A stretch of DNA of 64,000 nt from Selaginella moellendorffii (Eukaryota; Plantae; Lycopodiophyta): NCBI RefSeq assembly GCF_000143415.4, contig NW_003314282.1, positions 469,700-533,699 of the forward strand. The letters run 5' to 3'. A program made the position numbers and the translations under genes. The notes under the pieces were generated by a model. That model saw only the letters and a list, made by a program, of their open reading frames with translations, did no database searches and was not told the origin of the DNA. Below are positions 1-13,711 of this stretch, in pieces (within the stretch, counting starts at the first letter, position 1; every line of letters begins with the position of its first letter).

Positions 1-558
1 GTCCATGCAGTATTTTTCTATGCCCTTTTGGGTCGAAAGAAAAGTAATGCATATGGTCTTCTTGTTGGAGGCACCAGCGGTTTTCTCAGTGGTGTGTGTT
101 CCATAATGAGCACAAATCAATGGGTGATGCTTCCGCTGCTGGCGATATCATGCTGTGGACTTCTCACTCCGGTAATGCAACTTCCTGACAAATGGTATGA
201 CGGGCCCGGATTGTTCAAGTTCATAGTGGTGTACATGACGATGATTACGAGTTGCATGGCTGCCTGTATTTTGGGCACCGTTGCTCCACCGCTGGGATGG
301 CATAGACAAGCCCTTTTACTTGTGGGATCGATCGCTGCAATTGTCCACGGGATGTTGATTCATTTCTACATGTTGCAGTCTCCACTAGAAATGCTATATG
401 GTCGCTGCGATAGATTGGGAGAAATGGATATGGATGAGCGGCTTGCTGTGCGCCAAGAGAAGACCATTGAAGCTTTGAGGGAGTTTGCCAAGGCTACAGG
501 GAATACTTTACCAAAAAATCTGAAGAGCCTCATAAAACCTCAGAGTTGTCATATCTGA
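1..558 (+). CDS. 3' part of an uncharacterised multi-pass membrane protein (local paralog family); 5' end lies outside the window
   Basis: ORF 28..558 opens on TTG and has several hydrophobic segments and a WYDG motif. Bases 1-~450 are closely similar to 18863-19270, and the C-terminus (IEALREFAKATG) recurs at ~22670-22710. Confidence 0.5.
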   Translation, partial: VHAVFFYALLGRKKSNAYGLLVGGTSGFLSGVCSIMSTNQWVMLPLLAISCCGLLTPVMQLPDKWYDGPGLFKFIVVYMTMITSCMAACILGTVAPPLGWHRQALLLVGSIAAIVHGMLIHFYMLQSPLEMLYGRCDRLGEMDMDERLAVRQEKTIEALREFAKATGNTLPKNLKSLIKPQSCHI

Positions 559-1093
559 GCATTTCCTCTGAATTGTCTAGCCTCATAAAAAGACAGTTTT
601 CTAGAGATTTAAATGTCTTGAACTAATAAATTTATAGTTTCGTAAACTTTCCCACTCTTAGAAAGCTAGGCTGTGTAAACAAAAGTCCTAAATTGACAAC
701 AGAATTGAATAACCACATGCTCCAAGCAAGCCTTCGTGAAGGCAACTGCTTCCACGGCAACGGATACGAGCATTCTTCTCATTCCCAGCATTGGCCCAGC
801 AAGTTCACGTCACAAACGTTTTAGAAAACGAAAAGATTGCGGCGGCGACTGATCATCCAGAGGGTCAATTCTCCCGGTGAAGAATACCCCTTGAAATCGT
901 AAAAAGAAAAAATAAACAAGATCGCGCTAACGGACTTTCAGCTTTCTGAATGACGTATGATAACGCAGCTTTCCGACTCATAGAGCTCCAGATGTGCGTG
1001 GACAATTTCATCGAGCCGTGCAGTCAGCATGTCTGAGTAGCACAGACATGCAGCGCAGATCAGCTTGGCCAGGCGGCTCGTCCTGTAATCCCC

Positions 1094-2300
1094 GACAGTT
1101 AGTCGACGTGGCTGAGCCCTCGAATAGTTTGCCTGCTCCTAAATGTTTCCTGTTTCCATTTCTTCCAGTGCCACTAGACTGGAATCGCAATCGAATAAAC
1201 GTCCCACTCTAAGATCTTCCACGAGTAACTCTTGGTTTTACTTCCTCCTCTCGAGAGCTATTGCAACTCCTCGTGGTTCTAAGCGTGACGAGGGACTTTT
1301 TCGTGGCACAAGTTAACGTCACAGGTTCCATGCGCTCTCGAGAAGACAGGTCCGAAGAAGGCTGACTTTGGGAGGTTGTTCGTCTTCTCTCCACCACCTG
1401 AGAGGCTTGCTTCTGCTGTTGAGCATCGGAAAAGTAAAAGCTTGACTTTGTGATTGCCGCAAATGTCGTAGGAGTTGCTGGAGGTTATCCGAGAATTTCT
1501 CGTCCGGCTGTTGCTGTCCTCTTCACCAAACCTTCTCTTGGTGTCCTCACCGCTAAGACTTGAAGGCTCTTCTTCTTCTTCTTCTACTACGAGTTGGCTG
1601 TTCCGGCTTTTCCAGCTTTTCCATCTTCTCAGGCCCCTTCTTTTTAGCTTCTGTGCGGCAATCTGTCTGCTTCGCCTCCCGCCTTTTCAACCTTGTCCAG
1701 CTGTGGGACCTCCTCTTCAATGGCATCTTCACTTTCAGTTATCAGCTTTATTTCTTCTTTCCGTTTCTTCTTCTTTTCCCGTTCCATCTGCTTTTTCCAT
1801 GTACGACTGCTGCCTCTGCTCTAGTTCATCTGGATCCTGAGATAAACTCGTCCAACCGTGTAGCTTCCTCCGGTTATATAGATCCATCTTTTTTGTATGG
1901 CTGCCAGAAGAACTTCATGTTTCCATCTGTCTGGAACGATTTCTCATGAGACTTCAGCACGTTCTCCTGGTCAATCCATCCGTGAGACGAAGGGTCAGGA
2001 ACTCCAATTTTCCAGCACTTGAGAGCACAACAGCGTAGAATCAGAAGAAAGAACTCTTACGTAAATCAGGCGCGTGTTCATGTCAAGCACACCTCATCCG
2101 TGCGTACGGTTATCCTTTCAGCCTTGATGTTGATGCTTATCTCCCAGTCGACAGACAGACAGAGGCTCCAATTCTCCCGTCACAGTCTGGTTCCCTCCTT
2201 CGCCTGCAGCGACAGTGAAGCTACAAATGCTGTCCAGAATATTTATGCTCACCCTTGTCTCTTCAAGTTTCCCAACACGAGTGAAACAATATAAAACAGC
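1094..2300 (-). pseudogene. Degenerate, internally deleted duplicate of the TIC100 3' half plus the TIC100-SLAC1 spacer
   Basis: Collinear blocks match 50804-52890 (gacagttagtcgacgtggctga; tgtatggctgccagaagaactt; aaagaactcttacgtaaatcaggcgcgtgttca). There are many deletions, frameshifts and an ~110 bp insertion at ~2120-2229. Confidence 0.85.
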
Positions 2301-2559
2301 CAAAGATACACATCTCTCGTCGTCTTCTTCCCTGCGCACTGCACTTCGCTAGTCTTCTGGATCCTTTGCTTCGCCTGGATCCTGGAGCTTGGAAAAATGC
2401 TGACAGTGGAAGGCGCTTTTTGAGCTGCTCGCTTGAACGAAGCACTCACTGCGCGATTCCCTTTGTAAGAACTGGAGACTGGAATGAACATTACCTCTTT
2501 GCGCGATTCGGGCGGTCGAATGAAAAGAAAATCAGGTAGAAAAACCCTAGTTACAAGCA

Positions 2560-3690
2560 ATGTCGGGGTCCGGCGGAATGGCGGGCGGCGGCGATGCGCT
2601 CCCCGTGACGGCGGCCGATCATGGCGCTGGTGGTGAAGCGGCGAGCGACACTCTCCTGGGCGCAGCACCAGGGACTGCCGGAGGCGCAATAAGCAAGATC
2701 CTGGGCGCGGTGCCGAAGAAGAACATCCGAGTAAGAAACCAATGCTTGCCTGTCCTGGAACAAGTGTGTGTTTCTTTGTTTAGCGTGCAGCTGTCTCGAT
2801 CACTGTCGTCCTCTTCCTGATTCCCCTTCCATTCCTTGAGACGGGGATTCAGTCGAGTGTTTTCTTCGGCCTCTCCGGTGCGTTTTCTTTTTTTCATTTC
2901 CATTCCAGTTTGCAACGTTTTTTTTTTTTTTTCTCTCCAGAGATAAATTCGATATCTTGGTATGTTTTCGGCCGTGAGCACAACGATCGTGTGGTCGAGG
3001 TGGTGAATCTCCTGGGATTCGTCACGGGAGTTTTCTATGCTGCATATGCATGGAAGGCTACATGGAAGCCCCTCTTCTGGCCCCCGGTGCTTGGGATCAG
3101 TCACTACTGTCTAGTGTACCTGTTGCGCAACCTCTACGACGGGAAGGAGTTCTGCTTCAAGATCGACGTCCTTGGTTTCATTGGTTGTGCGACCACGGCA
3201 GCCTCGATGCTTGCTCCCCTTGCTGTTCGAGTGGCGACACTCCCTCACAGCAGTGCCCGTTGGAGCTGGGTGGTGCCACTCGTGTCTCTGGCTTGTAACG
3301 TGGCATGGGCTTGGTTTGCCCTTGATAACAACAAGGCCATCCTAGCAAGTTTCTAATCTTCTTCGTTCTAGATTAAAACTTTGGTTGGTTTTTCAGATGT
3401 CCACCATGTTTGCCGCGGGCTGTGCAGCAATTCTTACCTGCCTGATGCTAGTTTGAGGCCTTCCTAGTTTTTACTCTACAAACATTGTTGTAGAGTTCGC
3501 TCGCTCGCTGAGTTTTGTTTTTTTTTTTACTCTGCTCGACGTGGAGTTCGCGAAATAAAATTGTCCTATCACCCTCCATGACGACGTTAGATTGCGTTCT
3601 AGGTAGTCGCAGAGATTGCCAAGCAGCAGGCACTGATCTCACCAGCATGCGTCGGCGCATTCGTGTTCTTCTCCGCCACCTTGTGAAAGA
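2560..3690 (+). CDS. Multi-exon uncharacterised membrane protein (possibly a pseudogene), same family as the 25.6-27.8 kb gene
   Basis: ATG 2560 with a Gly/Ala-rich N-terminus follows a telo-box-like aaaccctag. The hydrophobic exon ~2941-3345 contains KPLFWPPVLGISHYCLVY..LYDG. Plausible further exons start at ~3397 and ~3603. Confidence 0.45.
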
Positions 3691-4477
3691 GACCGTGCCA
3701 CTCCCCCACCAGGGATAGCCTGTAACGATGGAATTCCAGCTGATGATGTCGCTCTCGTGCATCCAATCGAACGAGGTCCCAGGTTTCGTGGATTCAATTG
3801 CCCTGGACCAACGCTTGGAGCATCGCATTCCAGGAGACGATGTTGAGTACTGGAGTCGTTTAAAAGCTCATGTGTCCAGCAAAATTTTCTGTTGCCAAAC
3901 GAACCTATGTGATTCTTCGGGATAAATTCAGGGCGTTCGAGTGCTCTCGAAGTTTTCAAGTTCTGATAGTTTGTTTCGAGAACAATCCTTCTGCCACATA
4001 GGATCATCGCTGGAGTTAGCGCGAGCATCCGTTCTTAAACAAAGCCACAGAGAAAAGAGAGATCTCTTTCTGGACGAAAAACCAATGAAGTTTTCCTACT
4101 GATCACTGGTGAAGCCCAGAGAAGCGGAGACAATGAACCTGCGATTCCTGGAGCTCCGGGATCTTGTTACGGTTCTTCAAAAAATGCGGGCTTTGAATAG
4201 AATTGCTACGTTTTGTTTCCATGATCTCCCAAAAGGAATGTGACAAGAACTTTAAAATCACGTACCTTCGTTCCTTTTGCCATTATCTGGTCCTCACTCT
4301 GTGAGTGTGGGGCGAAATGTGGCCGTCCGTGGACTTGTGTTCCGGTCGGCTCGATTGCATGTGGATGGTGTTGCACTGCGTTTCGATGGTGTAACTGTGT
4401 GCATGAGCATTTCATGAAACCAAAGAAAAAAAAACGTGTGAAACAGGTTAGTATCAGGATCCCTTGCGAAACAACAT

Positions 4478-4792
4478 TCATTGTCGAATCCAATCATACA
4501 CCTGAAAGTACATGGGCGAAAACCTGACGGAGGCTGCTCTAGGTACCAAGGAAGAACCTGAACGAGAACTCCAGTTAGAACGAAGAGAATTCAGGTCTAT
4601 AGCGAGAAGATCCCTATGGGCCTTAAGCTTCTCCTCGACTGCTCTTTTGAAACTCCACAAGCCAAGAAGAGAGTGCAAGGCCGACCAGGATCTCCGATCC
4701 ATGAGCTCGTGAATGCACTCATCGCTCTTTCCTTGACGAGATCCTTCAACTCGTAAAAGGACTTCCTGGACCACATAATTTGCATCGGTTCT
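4478..4792 (-). pseudogene. Gene fragment with a Pumilio/Puf-repeat-like motif, truncated at the edge of the AT-rich island
   Basis: DANYVVQEVL resembles the Puf repeat motif (F/Y)ANYVVQKVL. Only a single motif is visible. Confidence 0.25.
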
Positions 4793-6970
4793 ATATACAA
4801 GAAAGAGCATAGACCTTACCCTTAATAATACTTGCAAGACATAAATTATGAACATTTTAATTATCTTATAGATTCATAGCATTGAAAATGTTGCTACTGT
4901 GCAGAAAACTATAAAATTTAATCATACCCTGTCCAATAATGTATAGTTTCTTTGGTTTGTTATATTGTTTTAGCAAATGGATATGATTTATTATTTTTTC
5001 TAAATTAACTTTAAAATTCATTTATATATATATTTCTACTCCAATTTGTTATCATCATGGTAAGATAAAAAAGATGTTTTGTAAATGTTATTTGTTTTAG
5101 TTGTGAACAATAATGATTAATATGTTGAATAACCAAAACAAGTGGTGACAATGGTAAGAGCATGGTTATGTGTTTAGGATTTTTAAAGTTTGTATATTGC
5201 TTATATGCCTTAGTTTGTTTTGCGGTTGTTTGTTTCTTTATTGCATTTATAACTTTTATAGTATAGATAATTTTTAAATAGAAATCAAACACATGACAAA
5301 ATGCTTAGCTACCTAACCATACATTAAATAGTTAATAGTTAAACATCAAACAAAGTGAAGTTAAGTTATATAAAATAATTTAATAGAAATAAAAAAGAAA
5401 AGAAAATATAAGTAAATTTATAAATGATATTGTTGTTATACTTATAACAAAGGATATTTCTAAATATTTTTATGTTTTGTAGCAATTTATTTTTTTGTTA
5501 TAAACAGCTGTAAGATAAAAAAGATGATTTGTAAATGTTATTTATTTTAGTTGTGAACAACAATGTTATTTATGAACTTACTAATATTATTTTTTATCAT
5601 GTTAAATTATTTTATTTAATGATTAATCATCAACTGTGTAATGTGGGTTGTATATAGTTGGATTGTCAAACACTTTATTATTAAAATTTTAAATGTGTTT
5701 ATTTCTATTTAAAATTTTTCTATATTGTTAAGTCTATAAACACAACTTTATAATTAATATTTGTCACTTTTTTTGCTAATTTATTATATATTTTTGTTGA
5801 CAAAATTAAACATTTAGGAAGCTTTTAACCTATTGATAAAATTAACATTTTTATCACTATGTGCCACTTGTCAGTTTTTAAATTGATTTCTCTTTTCTTT
5901 GTGAGAGGTGTTTATAAAGTTTTCAAGTGTTTAGTGTATTTAAATATCCCTTTCTAAAATGGAAAAAAGTTATTAAAAAAGAAAATTAAATGTAAAATTA
6001 TGTAATATATCATTTCACATAGAACTAAATTTATCTTTGAAAAAAATAATGAAAGTGATTACAATTGAATGGATTAATGAAAAAAAAATATGTACCATGG
6101 AAAGTCCTATTTTTTTTAGAGTCCATTTAAGAAATTTCATTATTATCGTCATAGTATTGTTTGGGGCACTAATAATATTTTCAATATTATAAATTTTTCC
6201 ATTTCCTTTTTTTCATAGTCTTTTTTCATTGCTAAAGAAAATCAATACAATTAAATAATAACCTCAATGCATGTAAAAAAAAAAAAGTTAAAGAGGCTGA
6301 GAAAATAATTAAATAAAGTAGCAAAAGAGAAATTAAAAAGAGTGTCAATAGATTTCCCCTTTGCAAGCACTAATTATAATAAGAATCATAACAAAGTATA
6401 TGGATTAGAAAGAGGCTAAATGCTTACACTTCCCTTTTCTACACTTTTTTCATTACATTCAAAACGCTCTTTCAAAGAAATTTTAATATGATGAGTGACA
6501 TTTTGGAAAGAATTGTACTAAAATATAGATTATACAAACTCTAAATCAATTTGCAATACCACCCTTTTAAGCTATATCAATTCTATTTTCTTTTCATTAA
6601 GCTTTTTATAAAGCTTAATCAGTCTTTTGAACAATTTGTTAGATATAAAAATATTTTTTTAGCAACATAGTTTGTAAGAAACACCACATCCATAATGTAA
6701 AGCAACAAAAACATATGGTTTGATGCTCTTGGTGTTGTCCTTAATTTTTTTTGCAGCTCTCGTTTAGTGGGTAAATAATCATTGAACTCTTTACCATAAA
6801 AGTTTTTTGTTATTACAATTGCCAGTGTTGGAAAAAATAGCCCTTATATCTTATGATAATTTATTATTATTTATACATTACTTGGTGATATAGTGTCTTT
6901 TGGATGTATTTTTTAAAATTGATAATTTTTCTTCTTGTATTCTCAGATTGTTTTTAAAAATTCATTTCTA

Positions 6971-7990
6971 ATGCTTTATTTCGTTAAAGTGGAACTTTTC
7001 ATTATCCCACTTATGGTGTGTGGCCACATGCCATTTTTATAACAACAATAAAAAATTGAAGTTTTAGCTTTATAATTTATAAATTAAAAACNNNNNNNNN
7101 NNNNNNNNNNNNNNNNNNNNNNNNNNNNNNNNNNNNNNNNNNNNNNNNNNNNNNNNNNNNNNNNNNNNNNNNNNNNNNNNNNNNNNNNNNNNNNNNNNNN
7201 NNNNNNNNNNNNNNNNNNNNNNNNNNNNNNNNNNNNNNNNNNNNNNNNNNNNNNNNNNNNNNNNNNNNNNNNNNNNNNNNNNNNNNNNNNNNNNNNNNNN
7301 NNNNNNNNNNNNNNNNNNNNNNNNNNNNNNNNNNNNNNNNNNNNNNNNNNNNNNNNNNNNNNNNNNNNNNNNNNNNNNNNNNNNNNNNNNNNNNNNNNNN
7401 NNNNNNNNNNNNNNNNNNNNNNNNNNNNNNNNNNNNNNNNNNNNNNNNNNNNNNNNNNNNNNNNNNNNNNNNNNNNNNNNNNNNNNNNNNNNNNNNNNNN
7501 NNNNNNNNNNNNNNNNNNNNNNNNNNNNNNNNNNNNNNNNNNNNNNNNNNNNNNNNNNNNNNNNNNNNNNNNNNNNNNNNNNNNNNNNNNNNNNNNNNNN
7601 NNNNNNNNNNNNNNNNNNNNNNNNNNNNNNNNNNNNNNNNNNNNNNNNNNNNNNNNNNNNNNNNNNNNNNNNNNNNNNNNNNNNNNNNNNNNNNNNNNNN
7701 NNNNNNNNNNNNNNNNNNNNNNNNNNNNNNNNNNNNNNNNNNNNNNNNNNNNNNNNNNNNNNNNNNNNNNNNNNNNNNNNNNNNNNNNNNNNNNNNNNNN
7801 NNNNNNNNNNNNNATAAATTAAAACTTTTCATATGATTTTGTGTTATAATATTGTGAAATATAAAAAATAAATTAAAAAACAGATAGAAATATTAATAAA
7901 TATTAATTAAGTACTAGGAAATGGCATGTGGACACATGCTAATTAATGTCCCACTTTACTGAATAAGTTCCACTTTAACGAAATAAAGCT
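6971..7990. mobile_element. Non-autonomous TIR DNA element/MITE spanning an assembly gap; 4-5 bp TSD (t)tcta
   Basis: gctttatttcgttaaagtggaactt (6973-6997) is the exact reverse complement of 7965-7989, with further imperfect inverted repeats inside (ccacatgccattt). Flanks read ttcta|...|ttcta, and the paralogous site at ~30665-30685 lacks the insertion. Confidence 0.8.
7092..7813. other. Assembly gap (N run)
   Basis: Run of Ns. Confidence 1.
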
Positions 7991-10900
7991 TTCTATCTTT
8001 GAATTCATAAATGTACTTGTCTAGGGACAATTGAGAACATCCAAATAACATATTTGAGAATCAATTGCATAAGACCTTTATATTTTCCATAGAAATAGTC
8101 AAATATAATGTTTTTTACCTTCTTTGAATAAGATTAACTCAGTTCTAAGATCATTTCTTCAAAACTATTTATTATTTGCATCCATTACTCTTCTCCCATC
8201 TCCTTAAACAAAATACCTAGTTTTTGGTGAAACATATAAGCATCTTTGCAAATCTTGGACATAAAAAAATTTGATTATATCATTATGTTTTCTTCAACAA
8301 AAACAAATGAACAGTTTGAGTTTGTTATAATGGAGGAATCAATAAATAATTTTATTCATTTACATGTGATTGAGATAAGCATATGCAGTTAATAAGTTTT
8401 AATAGTGGCGAAAAATTTTAGCCCATCAAAGATTTTCTTATTTCAATAAATGAAGTTTGACAAACCTTTAAAGAGAACCATTATTATCACTTCATTTGTG
8501 AGGTTAAAGAAAACAGACAAGTGATTCATAGATATATTAAACAGATTGTATAATTAAAGATATATTTAGAAAAAGTGGAACACAATGTGTTCATATTACA
8601 TGTCAAAAGTGGCTATAGATTCACAATACACCTCTATACATTAAGAAAAAATAACCAATAACAAACTCTAACCTTTTATAAGCTCTCTCTAAGGGTGTCC
8701 AGCCATAAATCATACCACTAACAAGAATAAAAGGTTAGTAGGATTAACATAAATAAATATGATATGATGGTGAAAAATATCTCTATATAAAACAATCTAT
8801 AAACTATATAAACCAAAGCCACAAATTTAGAAAAGAAGTGCAAATTAAATATTAGTGGATTAGACGAATGATAACTAATGGAATTAGGTGATCTTAGTTT
8901 CAATGACACTATAATATACTTGACATAAGTTGCATAGAAAAAAAAGAGGTATTTATGATAACTAAATTGGGAGGAGCCATTACTCTTTTCTCTATGTATG
9001 GACCAAATTTATTGCCATCTAAATATTTTCCAAGGGTAATGTGTGTCAAATCATATTATAGGCTACAAGAAAAATACTATTAAATCTCAATTAAGACATT
9101 ATCAAAGATGTATATTTAAGATAAATTTATTATCAAATAGCATAAAAAAACATTAAAAGCATGCCCAGTAAAAGGAAAAACAACATGTTTTATAAATATT
9201 GAAAATAATTTAGAACAAGATATAAAGAGTAGTTCTCTAGAACCTAGAATAATGAGCTGTTAAATATCTATAAAGAGAGTTTCTTTCCAACGACCTCAAG
9301 TATAGACATTCTTATAACAAACAAAAAGCTGTTTTGAATCATGATTATGGATTTATCCATATCTCAATTATATGAATAAGAATAGATGGAGAATGCCATT
9401 AAGATCATATAAAATTATAAATGTAAAATGTTTTCAGTTTTAAAATTGAAAATCTTTCATCAATATAATTATGTTTTAAAAATAAGAGGAACTTCTTTTA
9501 CAACATCTTTTTTACAACACCATGTTTATCTTGATATTTCAAAACTAATTTTTTGAACTTGAACTTGAAGCTAGACATAAGTTTTGCCAGCTTCCAGGGC
9601 TATAAGTTCAAGTGCAAATCTACATCTTACTTTTATTTTTACCTTTATTAAAACAAATTGTTACTCTAATTACAATACATTAATACATTTTTAATGCTAA
9701 AAAATTCCAATTACTCTGGTATAACAAAGCTAATAATAAACTTATTTGTTATATAAGATAACAAATGATAATTTTCAAAAACATAAAAAATAATTAAAAA
9801 AACATCAGTATTTAATTTGTAAAAGATAAATATAGCTAATTAGAAAATAAATTTAGAGACTTAATAAAAGAAAAAAAATTATATCACTTTTGTCAGCATA
9901 TATGTAAAGTATGAAAGTCTGGAGTATTACAGCAAGTTTTAAATAAAATAGTCTTTGAAGAACTCTCACTATGAAACTCTTTAATGCTATATTATATTGA
10001 CAATAATAAACTCCAATTCATTATTAGAACAATCATATTACTCTAGCATGAAAGAAATGCACCAAAATCTCTCAATTTCAAACTATTGTTTAAGGTTTAT
10101 ATAAGTTTGACAGTTGTAGAGAAAGCATCACCAATATTTTAGTTCGAGGAAAATGAAAATGGCAAAGTTGATATTGTTGAAATCATCAACTTTTGGTAGC
10201 CAAAGCTTTTGTGCATATGCATTGGAAGTGTGAAGTCTTGCTTGATAATTTTATCACCTTTTAAAAGTAAATCTTATGTATTGATATGTCAAAAATAATG
10301 AGACTGGATTGCATTGGAGTTTCACTTGACAATATAGAGCTATAATGCAACATATCATTCCAATCTATGTCTCAAGATCCAAAACCTGTTTTGACCTTGT
10401 TATCAAGCTCAAAACCATAGCTAGCTACAAGAATGTAGCAATATTATTGGAAGGACTTTGAAAACTCCAAGGTTTCTTTTGCATATAATTCCATGAATTT
10501 AGTAATAAATGATTTTATAATTATGATAATTATGATTGCCTTTGGTGGCTGCAACAAGATTAGAACAATGGTGGTTATTGTTTTCTTTAAGGCCTTCTAA
10601 ATTGAAGGAAAGTTGACTGTGCCTTTAATACAATATTTAACAAAATACCAACATGTATTTTTTATTGTAGTGAGGTCTTGGTTTTCCTCTTTTATAGATC
10701 CTTGTGAAAATGAATAGAAGTAACCACAAAGTTGTCAATTGGGTGATATTTATATTTAGTAAGAAAGTTCAAATGTGGAGTTCTTTCAAAGATTAAATGG
10801 ATACAATGGGTAGTATAATTAGTTGGATGCATTTAGCATATATGAAATAGTATAATGCTAGAAAATAAATCCAATAAAAATCATATAAATATGCTTATGA

Positions 10901-12026
10901 AAAATTCATTCTATCAATTAAAAAAATTTAAAATTTAATAAAAATAATATAAAATAAACAAGACATTTTATTTATTTCTTTGAACCAAATTAAGTAGAAT
11001 AGTGAATGAAAAGAAAATGCTTATTTCATCACTTTAACATCTTTATTATCCATATTGTAAATCTGTATTTTTATTTAAAAAATGGAAATGATAAATGTAT
11101 AGATCTCTCTAAATAATACCTTGTGACATCTATGTTTGTATTGAATTCACAGACATTGAAATAAAAAATAACTTTAAATCTTTTTTTAAAAAATTCAAAA
11201 TCTACCTCTAAAATATATACTTCAGAGGAAGCTGACATGTTTTAAATATATTATAAATTTGATCTATACCATTATCATTCATTACAATAAAAATTAGAAA
11301 AGAATAAATTTATGTTGATATAGTTGAAAGTTTTTTAAGGGGAATACATCCACAACAGAACTTCATCTTTAACATAAATGTAATAAAAAAGTTTTTTCTA
11401 AAGGGAACAAATAAATATATTGAAAATTTGTTGCATATCTTTAAAGGTGCATGTAAAATTGTTTTGATAAGCAATTATATTAAAATAATATTTTCAGAAA
11501 ATAGAAAACTTTGATATTTGTTTAACTATGACAAAACAAAATTCTATTAAAACTCTAGAGGGGTATATGAAATAATCTTAAAAGTGGTATAAAATCTTTT
11601 GTGCTTACAAAAATATTAGAAGAAAAAGAATCAGTAAAACAAATTTGGATTTGTCCAATAAACATATAAAAACTATCAATTCTTTTGCAAAAAATACACA
11701 AACCTTTCTCAAAGACTCAGTTGTATAGTATATGTTTTTCAAGGGTAAGAGTCTGGTACATATAAATGAGTTAAATGTCCAATGATATCCAAATAATCCT
11801 TTGTATTATTTTTTTAAACCACATAAAAGTTGCTTTTGCATAGATAATAAAACACACCTTAGTGAGTTTGGAAATTGGACTCCAAGAAAACTTTTGGCAT
11901 TATTTATCTCCAAATTACAATGTCTCATATATGCTGATGTCATAAATCTAGATGCCTTTGATTGATAGTTAAACAATAAAATTCCATGATAATCATCTAA
12001 AAAAAACTACTTCAATATCATATCTT

Positions 12027-12126
12027 NNNNNNNNNNNNNNNNNNNNNNNNNNNNNNNNNNNNNNNNNNNNNNNNNNNNNNNNNNNNNNNNNNNNNNNNNN
12101 NNNNNNNNNNNNNNNNNNNNNNNNNN
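12027..12126. other. Assembly gap (100 N)
   Basis: Run of Ns. Confidence 1.
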
Positions 12127-13711
12127 GCATTTAAGTCATTTATAGGGTTTTTAAAGATATCTGAATTTATTTAGCGACCGCTTCACTTTTGTTGAGTTTT
12201 ATGGATATCAGTAAGGAGAACTTCTTGAAAAAAATACCCTATAATGGTTTTATAGTTTTTGGTGCTCATTAAGGGATTCCAAATGGGTAAAAATAGCTAT
12301 GTGGTTATGTTTTGTTAAGGTAGTTTGCAAATATATAAGTCTTTGTGATGTAGTAAATGAATCTATTTTCCATCTCAAGAATGATGAGGAAAGAGACAGC
12401 ACATTTGAAACAAATGATGACTGGCAGAGATTTTTAAAAAACATACCAAAGATTGGTGATACTTACAAATTCACATTTGAGGATGATCAAGAAATTTTCA
12501 GCAACAATTATAAAGGATCTATGCTAAGATGATTGACTATTTTTAAAATAACATGCTTTAGAATATATGATATGAAAATACATTTATATTATGAGTGACA
12601 TCACAATATAATCTTAATAATATAAAATTTAAAAATATATAAATATAGTATCAGGTTATTATAATTTAATGAATATATATTAATAAAATATTAAATATAT
12701 TATAATATGCTCTATAGAGCTTTTGTTTTAGAATCATGATTATTATGATATTAAGATATAATAGAATAAGTCATTAATATCTTAACTTATAACTTATAGT
12801 ATTATTTGTATATATGTATAGATTGTCAAAAGTGTGGAATATAAATAGCTTTCCTATTTTACATGATGAACAAAAATACATATGATTCACTCTTATCATC
12901 TAATGCTAGCTTGCTACAGAGCTGGTTGGATGGTGTCACTCTAATAATTTAGATATGAGCATACATCATCTTCTTTTCCAAAGCAAATTAGCATTGGCAC
13001 CCTTCCTTTGTATACAACATTGTGGCAACACTTGATCTTGAATTTCAAAGTACACACATCACTATCAAGCTCTAAAAGTTAATCCTCACTACCATAGAAA
13101 TGCAACATTTTGATCATCCTGATCTTCACATTTCTAACCATGTTGCCATATAAAAATTTTAAGAGGGTAAGAAGAAAAAAAGTAAAAACATTGCAATCAT
13201 GTAAACAATACCGTGACTCAATAAAAAATAAATATTTTTTCACAAAAGCTATGTTTGTGTAAAAGCAAAACGAAAAAATGAGTAAAAAACTTTTTTGCAA
13301 CTGCCATTGATTCATCTATTAGTAACACAAACTGTACTTAATGAAAAGTCACTAGTTTTATAACGTACAATGACTAACTCATAAATGTAATATCATTAAA
13401 TTAATGTCAAATATAAAAAATATACAAGTAAATTAAGTGAACACGTGTGAAATTTAGATTTAGAATATCTATCAACTCCTTGTTTATGTGCATTCCTTTC
13501 ATTTACAACCCCAATCATATGATGGATGAATATAAATCAAATCAGTTATTATTTGATTTATATGTAAAGAAAACTATATTATTTCTTCACAATCATGAAT
13601 ATAAACACTAAACACATAACAAATATTTATTGATCTTGTACATATATGAGCTTTAGAGGGCTTTAAAAATAAAAAGTAAAGCCATAGATAATTTTTTTTT
13701 AAAACAAAACC

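Noticed and set aside
7077-7832. 251-aa ORF
   Set aside because: Artefact of the N run.
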